Shown: positions 50,999 to 63,872, counted from the stretch's first letter. The stretch: 64,000 nt of DNA from Podarcis cretensis (GCA_951804945.1 OX638154.1:41106001-41170000), one strand, 5' to 3'. Notes: a model not told the origin generated them from the sequence alone. Made by a program: numbers and translations.

Positions 50999-53900
50999 TC
51001 AGATTCTGCCGGTCATTTCTGCCAGTTCCATATAGTCTATTACTTGTATCTGCCACTCTTCCAAGGTGGGTAGATCTTGTGTCTTCCAGTGTTTTGCGAT
51101 GAGTATTCTTGCTGCTGCTGTAGCATACATAAAAAAAGTTCTATCCTTCTTTGACACCAATTGGCCAACCATACCCAGAAGAAAGGCCTCTGGTTTCTTT
51201 AGAAAAGTATATTTAAATACTTTTTTCAGTTCATTATATATCATTTCCCAGAAAGCCTTAATCCTCGGGCAGGCCCACCAAAGGTGAAAGAAAGTTCCTT
51301 CCGTTTCTTTGCATTTCCAACATTTGTTATCAGGCAGATGATAGATTTTTGCTAGCTTGACTGGGGTCATGTACCACCTGTAAATCATTTTCATAATATT
51401 CTCTCTTATGGCACTACATGCCGTAAATTTCAAACCGGTGGTCCACAACCGTTCCCAGTCAGCGAACATAATGTTATGACCAATATCTTGTGCCCATTTT
51501 ATCATAGCGGATTTAACCGTTTCATCCTCAGTATTCCATTTCAGCAGCAAGTTATACATTCTCGACAATACCTTGGCACTAGGTTCTAACAATTCTGTTT
51601 CTAGCTTCGATTTTTCCACCTGGAAGCCAATTTTCCTGTCCAAATTATAGGCCTCTCTTACTTGAAAATAATGTAACCAGTCACGCACCTTATCTTTAAT
51701 TTTCTCATAGCTCTGCAATTTCAATTTATCTCCCTCTTGCTCCAGAATTTCCCAGTATTTTGGCCAGTTAGTTTCCATGTTGAGTTTTTTCAAGGCCTTA
51801 GCCTCCATTGGAGAAAGCCACCTTGGGGTTTTATTCTCCAAAAGATCTTTATATCTGACCCAGACATTAAACAGCGCTTTTCTGACAATATGGTTTTTAA
51901 ACGACCTTTGTACTTTATCCTTACCATACCACAAATATGCATGCCATCCGAAAGCATTATCATATCCTTCCAGATCAAGAATGTCTGTGTTCTCAAGAAG
52001 TAGCCATTCCTTCAGCCAGCAAAAAGCTGCCGCCTCATAATATAGTTTAAAGTCCGGCAGGGCAACCCCCCCTCTCTCTTTCACATCAGTAAGAATTTTG
52101 TATTTAATCCTGGGCTTTTTGCCCTGCCAGACAAATCTAGAAATTTCTTTTTGCCACTTCTTGAAACAGTCCATCTTGTCAATTATCTGTAACGATTGAA
52201 ACAAAAACAATAGTCTTGGCAATACATTCATTTTGATAACTGCTATTCTACCCAGTAAGGATAACTTTAGATTTGTCCATATCTCAAGATCTTTTTTCAC
52301 TTCAGACCAACATTTTTCATAATTGTCTTTAAATAAGTTAACATTCTTTGAAGTCATGTTCACCCCTAGGTATTTTGTTTTTTTCACTACTGTTAAACCT
52401 GTTTCTCTCTGAAACCTGTCTTTCTCCATTTGTGTTAAATTCTTCTCTAAAACCATAGTTTTTAATTTGTTAAGTTTAAACCCTGCCACCTGACCAAACT
52501 CTTGTATTAGTTCCAAAGCTCTTCTAGTACTAGGGATTGGCTCCTGTAATGTCAAAACTAGGTCATCTGCATAGGCTTTTAGTTTATAATGTTTCACTCC
52601 GACCTGTATACCCTGAATCTGTTGGTCCCTTCTAATCATATTCAGCAATATCTCCAGGACTGAAATAAAAAGTAGAGGGGAGATTGGGCAGCCTTGTCGT
52701 GTCCCTTTCTCTATCTTAACTTCTTCTGTAACCGCATTGTTCACAATTAACTTTGCCTTTTGTTCCGAGTAGATCGCCCCTATACCGTTTCCAAACCTTT
52801 CGCCCACCCCCATCCCTTGCAAATTTTTCTTCATAAAACTCCAAGAGATGTTATCAAAGGCTTTCTCAGCATCTATAAATATCAATACTGCTTTTGTATT
52901 GATATTAACTTGTAATTTTTCCAAAATATCAATTAAGTTCCTTGTATTATTTGACATATGTCTACCTGGAAGAAAGCCTGCTTGATCTTTATGTATAATT
53001 CCTGCCAAAACTTTTTTTAATCTTTTAGCTAAAATGTCTGCAAAAATTTTGTAATCCACGTTAAGTAGGGATATGGGGCGGTAGTTCTTAAGCTGTGTCT
53101 TTTCCACTTCATTTTTCGGTATAAGAGTGATATAAGCATCTTTCCACGACTCCGGCGCTCTTTTCCCCTCCATAATTTCGTTGCAGACCTCCATTAATGG
53201 TTGAATTAAATAGTCTTTCATCACTTTATAATATTTGGAGGAAAGCCCGTCTGGGCCTGGAGACTTGCCAAGTTGCAGATTCTTAATGGCACCTTCAACC
53301 TCCTGTTCAGAAATTTTTCCATTCAATATTAGTTTGTTCTCTTGTGAAATATTTTGTAATCCATTTGTTGTTAAAAATTCATCAATCCTGGTCTTGTTCT
53401 GTGGCCCTTGTGCGTACAATTGTTTAAAATATCTCTGGAAACAGTCTTTAATCTCCTGTGGGTTTTGTACATTTCTTCCATTTACTTCAAGATTTGTCAC
53501 AGTGTTTAGTTTTTGTCTTTTCTTCAGCTGCCATGCTAGCAGCTTTCCACACTTGTTAGCTGATTCAAAAGTTCTTTGTCTCATTTGTTTAATCTTCCAT
53601 TCTATGTCCTGATTAACCAGTTTCGAATATTGTGCCTGATATAATTTAATTTCTCGCAGGATCTCCTGTGACTTTGGTTTAGTCCTTAGTCTCTTCTCTC
53701 CATCTCCAATTTTCTCCAAAATCTTTCCTTTTCTTTCTTCTTGAAGTCTCCTCTTTAAGGTATTTTGTTGGATCAAAAAACCTCTCATGACCGCCTTACT
53801 CGCGTCCCAGATTATTCTTTTTTCTACAGTTGTCTTCAGGTTTATTTCAAAATAATCTTTCATAGTTTTGGGGGCCTTCTTAATAATTTCACAGTCTCTA

Positions 53901-54652
53901 AATAAGGTGTCATTCATTCTCCATCTAAAGGAACCAATCGGTGTTAATTTCATGTCCATTTTCACAGGATTATGGTCGGAGCAAGCTTTTGGGCAGATTT
54001 CCACTTTCCGTATCTTAGGTGCCATCCCTCTTGTAATCAAGATTTGGTCAATTCTTGTCCATGTCATATTGGCTTCAGAGAAGAAGGTCCCCTCTCTACC
54101 TAGGGGGTTTTTAGTTCTCCAAATGTCAATCAAGTCCATATTGTCTGTCAATTCAAAGAAAGTCTTTGGTAGCCTTCCATCTTTTGTAACTACCTGTCTT
54201 TCAGATTTGTCCATGTTTGTTGACACAACTCCATTCATATCTCCCATCAAAATGATGTTTTGGTCCATGTAATTGAGCAACGTCTCGTGCAGTTTTTTAT
54301 AAAAGTCCGATTTTCCCTCATTAGGTGCATAGACTCCAATTATTAAAACTTTTTCTCCATATAATTGTATTTCAATTGCAATGAATCGTCCATGTTCATC
54401 TTTAAACAAAAAATTTGGTGTCAATTTCTCTTTTGCGTATATCACTACTCCTCTTTTTTTAACTTTATCCGATGAGATAAATTCTTGGCCTAATCTCTTA
54501 TTTATCAATAATTTCCTGTGGAGTCTGGTTATATGTGTTTCTTGTAAACAAATCAAGTCCAATTGTTCCTTTTTTAACATGTGAAAAATTCTCTTCCTCT
54601 TGCTAGGGGAATTTAGGCCCCGAATATTCCAAGTTAACATCTGCAGAGACAT
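50999..54652 (-). CDS. L1 ORF2p (APE endonuclease, reverse transcriptase, CCHC), 1217 aa, probably ending at a premature stop
   Basis: TWNIRGLN, LQETH, GDMN, SDH; GTRQGCPISP, YADD; CWKC...H...C; the frame continues 27 codons past the TGA to a TAA at 50915-50917. Confidence 0.95.
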   Translation of the reverse strand: MSLQMLTWNIRGLNSPSKRKRIFHMLKKEQLDLICLQETHITRLHRKLLINKRLGQEFISSDKVKKRGVVIYAKEKLTPNFLFKDEHGRFIAIEIQLYGEKVLIIGVYAPNEGKSDFYKKLHETLLNYMDQNIILMGDMNGVVSTNMDKSERQVVTKDGRLPKTFFELTDNMDLIDIWRTKNPLGREGTFFSEANMTWTRIDQILITRGMAPKIRKVEICPKACSDHNPVKMDMKLTPIGSFRWRMNDTLFRDCEIIKKAPKTMKDYFEINLKTTVEKRIIWDASKAVMRGFLIQQNTLKRRLQEERKGKILEKIGDGEKRLRTKPKSQEILREIKLYQAQYSKLVNQDIEWKIKQMRQRTFESANKCGKLLAWQLKKRQKLNTVTNLEVNGRNVQNPQEIKDCFQRYFKQLYAQGPQNKTRIDEFLTTNGLQNISQENKLILNGKISEQEVEGAIKNLQLGKSPGPDGLSSKYYKVMKDYLIQPLMEVCNEIMEGKRAPESWKDAYITLIPKNEVEKTQLKNYRPISLLNVDYKIFADILAKRLKKVLAGIIHKDQAGFLPGRHMSNNTRNLIDILEKLQVNINTKAVLIFIDAEKAFDNISWSFMKKNLQGMGVGERFGNGIGAIYSEQKAKLIVNNAVTEEVKIEKGTRQGCPISPLLFISVLEILLNMIRRDQQIQGIQVGVKHYKLKAYADDLVLTLQEPIPSTRRALELIQEFGQVAGFKLNKLKTMVLEKNLTQMEKDRFQRETGLTVVKKTKYLGVNMTSKNVNLFKDNYEKCWSEVKKDLEIWTNLKLSLLGRIAVIKMNVLPRLLFLFQSLQIIDKMDCFKKWQKEISRFVWQGKKPRIKYKILTDVKERGGVALPDFKLYYEAAAFCWLKEWLLLENTDILDLEGYDNAFGWHAYLWYGKDKVQRSFKNHIVRKALFNVWVRYKDLLENKTPRWLSPMEAKALKKLNMETNWPKYWEILEQEGDKLKLQSYEKIKDKVRDWLHYFQVREAYNLDRKIGFQVEKSKLETELLEPSAKVLSRMYNLLLKWNTEDETVKSAMIKWAQDIGHNIMFADWERLWTTGLKFTACSAIRENIMKMIYRWYMTPVKLAKIYHLPDNKCWKCKETEGTFFHLWWACPRIKAFWEMIYNELKKVFKYTFLKKPEAFLLGMVGQLVSKKDRTFFMYATAAARILIAKHWKTQDLPTLEEWQIQVIDYMELAEMTGRI

Positions 54653-54662
54653 GTTGTAGTTA

Positions 54663-55474
54663 TTATGACGTTCCTCCGACTGCTCCTAGAAGTTGTTCTT
54701 CCTCTGATGGTTGTGTCTCTTTCTCTGGCCGGTCCAACCCCAGGGGGTGCCTGTCCAAGTCAGGTGGTCCCAATCCTAGTGCCTCCAGATCTTTTGTTCT
54801 TGCCTCCCTTCGTAGTTCTTCACCAAAATCTTTCAGGAAACTCACTTTATCTTCCTTTGATCTTATCTTAATTTTCTTTCCTTTGAATGTAAACGAGAGG
54901 CCTTGTGGGAATTCCCACCTGAAGAGGATGTTGTTCTTTCTTAGTAGGTCGACCAAATCACTGTAGTTGGTTCTAAGAGCTAGTAGGTATTTTGGGATAT
55001 CTTTAAAAATTTCAATTCTCTCACTTCCAATCTCAAGTGCTTTCTGGTAGTGTAGGCTCAGTATTTTATCTCTTTCTTCTTTTGATCTCAACAAAATCAA
55101 GCAGTCCCTCGCCTTGTTCTTCCTTCTGACCCTTCCCAGTCGAAAGGCACTCACTATCTTAATTTCTTCAGGGTCCAGACCCCAGAAAGTCTCAAATTCC
55201 AGTGTAAGAAACTCTATTAATTCTCCTTCCTCTGTTTCCGGGACTGCTCTTATTCTCAAGTTAGCCTGCTTCTCCTTAAGTTCAATCAAAGAAAATTGTG
55301 CCTTGTTCCTGGTCCTTTAGATTCTTCTCTTTCTGTGACTTGTGGGGCAGAAAGGCCTGTTAAAGATGGTCTTCTGTAGTGTTGTTGTTGCTGTGTCTGT
55401 TGTCTAGTTTTATATTTTATAGCTTTCTCTTGCGCCTTCTCCTGGGCCTTATCTTGTGGTTTGTCTTGATCCAT
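54663..55474 (-). pseudogene. L1 ORF1 (RRM and C-terminal domain intact; frameshift near 55300-55320)
   Basis: NLRIRAVPE...AFRLG...RDCLI...IFKDIP...FRWEFPQGLSF; the N-terminal MDQDKPQ...RRPSL segment is in another frame. Confidence 0.8.
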
Positions 55475-57349
55475 TCCTGCGCCGCAAGAAGTCAAGGTCA
55501 CTTACACAGTTCTCACAGCTCCCAGGATTGTTTCTCAGCAATGATAAAAAGGCAGCTGCAGTGGAAAATCCCCAGCTATAACACAAAATACCTCTAGGGG
55601 AGCAGAGTAGCAAAATGTTTCATGGGTGACAACTATAGAACAGTATCTTCATAGGTATAATAATGTTACACAGATAGCAACAGTTGCAAGATCAGATAGT
55701 CCCAAAAAAGTTACCAATCTTTTGCAGAGGTCTACTATAATAGTTACAATGTCATAAAACGGTGCATTCAAAGTGACCTTTCAGATACTTAAGGCAGACC
55801 GAAGTCAAGGATTGAGTGGTAGGTTCAAACCCCCCCTTTCCACTTTTTGGGGGGGTTCTTCTGTCAGGCAATGAGATTTAGCTCTTTATAAAAGTTCAAA
55901 TTCTGTGGTTCCCAGCTCCATTGTCCCTTGCTTTTAAGCTGTCTACAAGTCGGCAAAGCAGGCTTCCTGTTTAAACTTTGCCGATTTCAGGTTCAAATTC
56001 AAGATCAAAGTCCAGAGATCAAAGTGTCAAAATCAAAGTCAAGTTGCTAATTCTTTAAGTCCTTTCCTTTGATCCTTTCAAAATTCCCCCAGTCTTACTC
56101 ACGGGTAGATGTTTCAATTCGATGTTCACAGGAAAAAGGTCAGCGCTCTCCGGCAACTGTTATGCAGCTTCACTCCGTAGAAGTAGCGATCGACTCCCAG
56201 CACAGCGCAGCCCCGCTCCGCTCCGGAGCTCCTTAGAGAGCTCCTTTGACAGTTCGGGGTGCGCTCCGCGTGCCCACTGAGTCCCACGGCCCCAGGCTTC
56301 TCCCGCCTGCAGGTTTTTTGAGGGTCCTCCGCTTCGCTGCAGTGGTGGACCCGATTTCTACGGAGCTTCTCCCTCCGGTTAGAGGGAATCCGCCATTGCC
56401 GGTAGGCGCCGCCTCCGGAAGCCTCAATGCAGCAGATTAAACCCCACATGCCTCTTCACTCATTCTGGGCTGGGAGAAGGGTTACTTCTATAAGTCAGGT
56501 GATATAAAACCAGGTTATAATCCGAACTGACTAGCTTTTGCCTAAATTTAAGTAAGGAGGAAAAGCTTCCTGTTTAGTATCTCTCTGACTTCCAGTACTG
56601 TGGAGCATTAGAACTGCTGCATGCTTATTTGCAAATGTGCCTGTGAGAGAAAGAAGAATGTAGGTGTTTCTATGACAGTAATGCTGCAGCCACTTGCCCC
56701 GATAAACTCTCACCTTCACTTAGGGGAAAAACATACATAGGGATGGACAGATCAGTCTCTTTTCATTCTGTGCCCATTTTGTTCTGTCCCCTTGCAAAAA
56801 TCTGATTTAAAATAAATAAATCCTTATGAACATTCTTTTTTAAAAAAAAATCATTTAAATAGTATTTAAATATGTATTTCATCAAATGTATCCCTTTAAA
56901 AACATTTATAAATGCAATTTATCCATTATCCTATTTGTCATGCATCTAGGTAATTTTTTTAATCTTAAAAAAGTGCAACAATCTGAAGGATAACTATATT
57001 CCAATCCATGTATCAGTCAGTGGACATGATCTATTCAGTGAAAAATGAAGACCAAATGTAATTCTCCTCCATCCCTAACTAAACATGACATCAGTGATGC
57101 AATTAGCAGCTGCACGAATGGTTCTTTAATAAGTTCAACCATCAGCTATGGGAAGGATGATCTGAACTAGGGCCCCTGGTGGTTAGGGAAGGGGGCTTTA
57201 ACCTTTCCACCTATAGTCCTTATTCAGATTGGTGTCCCTGATTTTTGCATTGGAAGGAAAGCTTCTGCTGCCATGATTCTTTGGCTTAAAGAGACAACTT
57301 GCACTCAAGACTCCATTCAGCAACTTTCCTCCAGCTCAGCTCCTGCCCC

Positions 57350-58460
57350 TCCCCAGTCAGGTGAATGCAACAGAGATACACCCTGCCTTCTTGGGCAAGT
57401 TACTTAAGCAGGTAGTGCTTGCACAATTGCAGCTGCTCTTGGATGACATGGACAATATCCAGATCTATTTCCATGCAGTTTGAGGCCTGGTTTTGGTACA
57501 GAGACTGCCTTGGCTGCCCGGTAGGATAGAGAATGAGTCTTTCTAGATTCCCTGGGACCTCTCAGTGACTTTCAATACCCTTGTCTATTACTCCTTTATG
57601 GATAGCTTCTCTAGATTGGAAGGTGGAGGCACAGCGAGGGCTAATTCCAGAAGGTGGGGCTGGAGGACTACTGCTTTTTAACAGTTATGTGAGGTCAATT
57701 AGGGATTTGGAGGGAGGTACCACTCAGGTGTTGATGGCATTTCTGTTCCTCATTTTAATTGTATTCAGGTGAGGCAGTGGAAATGCTGAACCAATATCTG
57801 AAATCAGCAAGTGGATGTTTGATGAACCATGAAACCATCCTTGTTTTTGGACATTCGGGCATCTCTTGAAGACCTTTGTCTGCTGACAAACCTTTATAGT
57901 TGCTTAATTTTTACTTTTGTGGGCCAGTCACCTTAGTGTATCTATCTTTTTTATTTGTATTTTAAATGGTATTTTGTGTTTTCACATTGTAAACTGCCCC
58001 AATATTTTAGGATATGGTGGTATAGAAAAACTTTCACAAACAAACAAACAAACAAACAAACTGGAACTCAGTCCTGGAAAGACTGGGGTTCTATGAGTAA
58101 GTGATTTGCCTAGTGGGAGGGATGGTGCTAAACCTATTCTGGACAAAAGGGTCAAATTCATAATCTGGTAGAAACCCTCCATCCAGTTTTTCACTGGAAG
58201 CTTAGTTAGCTTGTATAGCAAGGAGTACCTTTCATCAGCTTTGGCTGGTGCATCAGCTGTGCTCTTTGGTGGACAGATATTATTTGCCCACAGCCATCCA
58301 TGCTCACACCTAAGATTGGCTACTGTAATGTGTTCTACATGGGGCTTCCTTTGAAAACTGTTTATGCATTTCCATTCCTTCAAAGTACAGCTGCCAGAAA
58401 GTTAACTGGGACCAGTCAGTGGGAACATATCTTGCTGGTAATGGAAGATATTCACGGTAG
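57350..58460 (+). mobile_element. L2 LINE fragments
   Basis: FLGK.L...Q...RPGFGTETAL and KIGYCNVFYMGLPLKT...QSTAARKLTG remnants; very degenerate. Confidence 0.6.
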
Positions 58461-60589
58461 GCAACAGTATAATATTGCTTTGGGAAGCAGTGGTGAGCAG
58501 TTTGAAAGATCTTTGAGATGTACACACAGATAAACTCAAAGTATTGTAAGTTGTAACTAAGCCACAGATTGCTATAAAAAGGTAAAACGTAGAAGAGGAC
58601 AAAGGGTTCATCACTCTTCCCTGGAAGAAGCAGGCAGCCACAATATAAGTGGATTTTACGTAGGAAGGCTTTGAGCACACACAAAAAAAGGTGGCTATGA
58701 GTCAACAAAATTTCAGAGAAATAGTACAGGACGCAGTAGGCAGGGAAAACAAATAGATCAGAGCAAATTGGGGCCATCAAAGGAAAGGAAGAGGAACTGT
58801 CTCAATCAAAGGCAGAATAATTGAATTGCTGTTGTGTCAGCTGGTAACTTAGTGAGTGGCAATCAAAAATGGAGAGGAGCAAGAGCATATATTTTAGAAA
58901 GGCATATTCACCTGAGAAATGGAACACTTGTACCAACACACACTGAAGAAGCAATGTCAGGGCCAAATGTGAACAATGGGGAAGGCATCTGAGCCTCCTT
59001 TGCCAGTTTACTCCTTCATAAAGTGCTCTTTTCTTTAAAAATCAAGTTTTATTAAGAATTTTCAACATAAAATAAAAGTCAAACTAATCTAAAGAAGATA
59101 AATAGGTAAGAAGCAAGAATAGGAAAAAGGAGAGAAGAAAGAAAAAATAGAAGAAAAGAAAGGAGAGAGAATAAACACCAGGCCCTCTATCACAATTTTA
59201 TCTTAATCTTTATTCCATGCAGAGAAAAGTGACCTGCAGGGGAGCTTCTCTCTCTTCCCTCAGCCTCCCACCCTGGAAGACCCTCTCTACTCTGCTTCTC
59301 ACTCAGGACCCTTCACCTTCCATTCATCACCCTCCTGCATGTATCTTCATTAATAGGAGACTTCAAAAACAAAGCATAAATATAGATAAAATTAATAGGG
59401 AGAAAACAAAGATTGCATATAATAGAAAAGGAAGATAAGAAGAAAAAGAAGATCTTCCAATTCTCCGTCTGCCAATTATGTACATGACAATCATTCAAAG
59501 TATTAAAGGTATACACTCCAGATAACCTCTAGCTGTGCTAGTGTGCATTATCAGACAGATAAAATATCCTGACTATAAACAAAAGCCCAGCTATATCAAA
59601 CCAAAGGCCCAGTAATTTCAGCACTGTTTCCAGCAGTTGTAAACCAGTCACAAACAGCCATCTCTTGTCATTTGCCCCCAAGCATATGGTATTGAGAGGC
59701 ATGTGCCCTTGAAAGATGAGAAGCTCAATTTAGCTACCATGGCTAACAGCAGGGGGGGCAGCCTGTGGTCCTCTAGGTGTTGTCACTGATCATTGGCTAT
59801 GAGAGCTGTGGCTGGTGGAATCAGGACTCCAATAACACCTGGAGGGGCCTCAGTTCGCCATTCCTGGCTGACAGCTTTGGGCACTGTTGCTACCCACTGG
59901 TTTTTAAATCCAGATCTTCAAGGGGCTCGAGGAAAGCAAGAAGCATCAGCTAACTTCAAATTACAGCTCAGCCAACTCCTCTTCTCTATCTGTAGAAAAG
60001 AAGAGCAGCAGCCTAGCTTACAGGATCTGTTTGCCAGTCTGTCTGTTTTTGGAGGATAAAATGAGGATGTATAATAAACCCAAGTTACTAAGGTGATATG
60101 ATATGAGCACACACAGCCGCAAACACAGCAGTGAGGTGTTCCTTCCAATCCCAGTATCACAATTCTTTGGGAACCCAATGACTTCCTCAGCTATCATAAT
60201 AGCTTCAAGAAGAAGACAATGACACTACAACAGCACTGCAAAGCAGATCTTGTGAATTGTGTGGCAATTATGACATTCCGAGCACTACATGTTGTCCCTA
60301 GGAATAAAGGGTTTGGGAGAATAAATCTGAACAAAGGATCAAATGTGGTAGCTTTTAAACAGGTCAGGATAACCAAGGAACCTTGTGCTACTTTGGCTCA
60401 GAATTTTTTTTTTTGGGGGGGGGGAGGAGGAGGAAGAAGCCACTTAACTCTGTAGAAGTGGACACAGCTGACCATCCAGTGCATGTCAGGATCTGACAGT
60501 TAAAGGAAAGTTTGTCAGTAAAGGAAGAGCACAGGGATATAGAAGTCAGGCAAAGAACAAAGACATGGGAGACCACAAAGAAGTGTAAA

Positions 60590-61410
60590 ATCAGAACAAA
60601 AGAAGAGCTTTACTGGGCCAGGCCAAAGGCAGCAGCATCCTATTCTCACAGTGGCGAACCAGATGCTTGTGGGGATTCCACTAGCAGGACCCAAGTGGAA
60701 CAGCACCCCTCCCACATTGTGTGATTCCAAACAGCTGATATTCAGCTGCTGTCACTGGAGGCAGGACATAGTCATCATAGCTAGCAGCCATTGATAGCCT
60801 TATGCTCCATGAATTTGTCTAATCCTCCTTTAATGCCATCCAAGTTGGTGGTCCTCCTCACTACATCTCCTGGGAGCAAATTCCATAGTTTAAGTATGCA
60901 CTGTGTGAAGAAGCACTTCCTGAAACTTCCAGCATTCTGCTTCATTGGATTCTAGTACAGTGGTACCTCAGGTTACATACGCTTCAAGTTACAGACTCCG
61001 CTAACCCAGAAATATTACCTCGGGTTAAGAACTTTGCTTCAGGATGAGAACAGAAATCATGCAGTGGTGGTGCAGCGGCAGCAGCAGGAGGCCCCATTAG
61101 CTAAAGTGGTGCTTCAGGTTAAGAACAGTTTCAGGTTAAGAACAGACCTCCAGAACGAATTAAGTTCTTAACCCGAGGTACCACTGTATTATGAAAGAGA
61201 AAAACTTTCGCTATACCACAAATAATATTATAAAGCTCTGTAATGTTTCCCCATGGTCACTTTTTCCCCTAAAAAGCCCCAAAGGTTGTAACCTTTCCAT
61301 ATACAGCTGTTGCTCCAGCACCTTGATAATTTTGGTTGCCTTTCTCCCAGGTTCTACAATATCCTTTTTTGAGGGAAGGCAACCAGAGGAACTGTCAAAA
61401 GGCCATTCTG
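60590..61410 (-). mobile_element. CR1-type 3' fragment interrupted by a MITE
   Basis: CAAATTCCATAGTTTAA.TATGCACTGTGTGAAGAAG and AAAAGCCCCAAA.GTTGTAACCTTTCC, typical of CR1 3' sequence. Confidence 0.6.
60958..61186. mobile_element. CAGTGGTACCTC-family MITE
   Basis: TIRs and TA TSD. Confidence 0.9.
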
Positions 61411-63819
61411 CCTAGTTATACAGAGCTGGGGAACATGAGGTGAAAAGCAAAGAGAAAGTCACAACACGTAGAGTCAAAGTGGTCTGTGCTGTATCCAAAT
61501 AAAAGATTGTTCACATTACAGAAATAACCTACAACCTAGTCTAGATTCTGATGCTAGAACTTTGTTGAATTTTACAACAGAATTCTACAATAGGATTAAG
61601 AATGAGAGTCTTTTATTTCCAATTTAGGTGCTAGTCCCCTTTTAATCTGCACAACATCAAAAGGGGGGGGGAATCAGTAGAAACTATGGGTTTCCCCTAT
61701 ACTAGGAACTTGTCTCAAGCAAAATTTCCTCTGATTTATCCCATGCCAAATCTACAATCTTTTGAGGCTCATCTCTGTTTATTCTTCTCCTTATTTGCCT
61801 GAAGCAGTCCAACTAATTGAAAATGTTCGTGTCTGAGAGCTGCATATGCTTTCTTTGGAGGATATGGATTTACATGTCACCGACCAGCCTAAATTTAAGT
61901 AAGGAGCACAATAAGCATCACTTTGCAGGGGTCTAAAACGCAGCTTGTTACATGGGACTGTCCCTAACTCCATTCCGGCAACCTCTGATGCCATGGATGT
62001 ACAAAGATCCCTGTTCTACTCCCACTTTCCCACACAGGATAGAGAGCATAAATAGGATCTTTGCACTGGACACAAGAACAAGCACAACATCATAACAGAG
62101 CCCTGAGGAAGGCACCCTGGTGGATCCCTCATCACAAGACAAGAGGGAACAAACAGTGGCAAACAGCACAGCTCTAGCTGCCCTGATACTCCCTTTGCCT
62201 AGTGCTGTAAATTGAGGAGTGGGAAACCTCTGGCCTTCCAGATGTTGATGGACTATAACTCCCACAATCCCTGACCATTGGGGAGATGGAGTCCAACAAC
62301 AACTGGAAGGTAGCAAGTTCCCCAACACTTGCTCTAAAGTTAACTGCTGTAAGAGACCAGCTCCATTGCTCTCAGAGTCATCTGGTTTGTGCACAGGACT
62401 GGGGTCTTCTCACTGTCTTTGTACTGGTCCTTGGAAACAAGAAGCAGCACAAGTTCCCTCTTACAGTTTCTCATTCTTCCTAGTGCCTGGTGCAAACGGA
62501 GAGACCAATTTCACCATATGCCGGAGTGGAGAAGGGAAGGGGGGGAAAATAGTGGTTATTAAACCAAGCCAAAATGAATCCAGGCATATGGCTACTACAT
62601 ATGCACTTTTAAATAATTTGAAAACATTAAGTAACTCCACAGACTGGATTAAAAGTAGCCCTCCCCGTGCGTCTACAAGTAGGCGTTGTTTCCTGCTGTT
62701 CTTGGAATTATCCTGTTGCAATTTCCCTTGTCTCTTCAGATAATGTGCAAAACCAGTTTTTAGCCTGGCACAATAAAGAATTGTACAAAATCGTCTGCCT
62801 TGTCACAATAGCCTTAAGCTGCTTAAAAAGAAGTCACTTTGGTACCTGCACAAATCAGAAATACACAGCATGTCTGGAGAGTGCAAAATGAGACGCAAAA
62901 GCATAAACATTTCTTGGCTTTAAATCTATGTAACATATGGGTTCTTACTTCTTACAGCCTAGACAAAGGCCTGTACTCTTATGCTTTGGTAGCAGGTGCT
63001 GTGTTTGCACAGCTCCATCCAGGATCAGTCTTGGTTAATGTCATAATATAGAAACAATACGGAAATGGCATGATTTGGAAATAACACTGCCACCAGTATC
63101 ACCAATACCACCTCCACCTTCTCACAAGTCCAAGTGGTTTCTTCATTATCTGGAATGGTGTGGGATGGTGCTAAGGAGAAGTGGAAAATGGAGCACTGGC
63201 TTGGCAAAATAATTTAGTCTTCAATGGAAGCAATGGCAGTGATGGTGAGGAGGAAGGTAGTAACAATAATAGCAAACACTATGGGTTTACTTTCTTCCAT
63301 TAAGGAAATAGGTTCAAAACATGCGCAACAGCTCACAAATTACTCATGTGAAAGGGCGATGCAGAGAAAAAGGGACTGCGGGACCATGCCTCTGCTTCCC
63401 CCCCCCCCACCAGCCACATGCGCATAAGCACAGATGTAATGCACAGCTCCCCATAGATTTGGAATGGATGACTGAGACAGGGGACCCTAAACATATGCAT
63501 CTCTATGTTAGAAGGCTTTCCTGGGTCCTGGAACCTTGCACAACTGGGGTTCTCAGATCCAAGGAAGTCTGCACAAGTAAGCTTGCCAGACTTAGACATC
63601 CACACTAATGCATGGAGATCAGTAATGGGGTCGGGGGGATGACGACACAGAAGGTATGGCCGGGGGCAAGGGCAGAGATGCGACCCTGCAGCTCCTTTCT
63701 ACTCACATTAGCTCTTCACACAAGGAATGCCTGACAGAGGTATTGAAACATAGTGAGGTGGGCTCCTAAGAGGCAGCCCAACTCCTATTCTTACAGTGAG
63801 ACAGCTTATATAAAGGTAA

Positions 63820-63822
<3 letters not shown>

Positions 63823-63872
<50 letters not shown>
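63823..63872. repeat. (CT)n(CA)n microsatellite
   Basis: Direct tandem repeat. Confidence 0.95.

Larger units (their letters stand above)
50574..56423 (-). mobile_element. Full-length L1 retrotransposon (~5.85 kb)
   Basis: GC-rich 5' end GGCTTCCGG, ORF1, ORF2, AATAAA (50596-50601) and A tail; 16-bp TSD TCAATGCA(T/G)CAGATTA at 50558-50573 and 56424-56439. Confidence 0.96.

Noticed and set aside
51066-54871. Plus-strand ORFs within the L1
   Set aside because: Antisense shadows of ORF1 and ORF2
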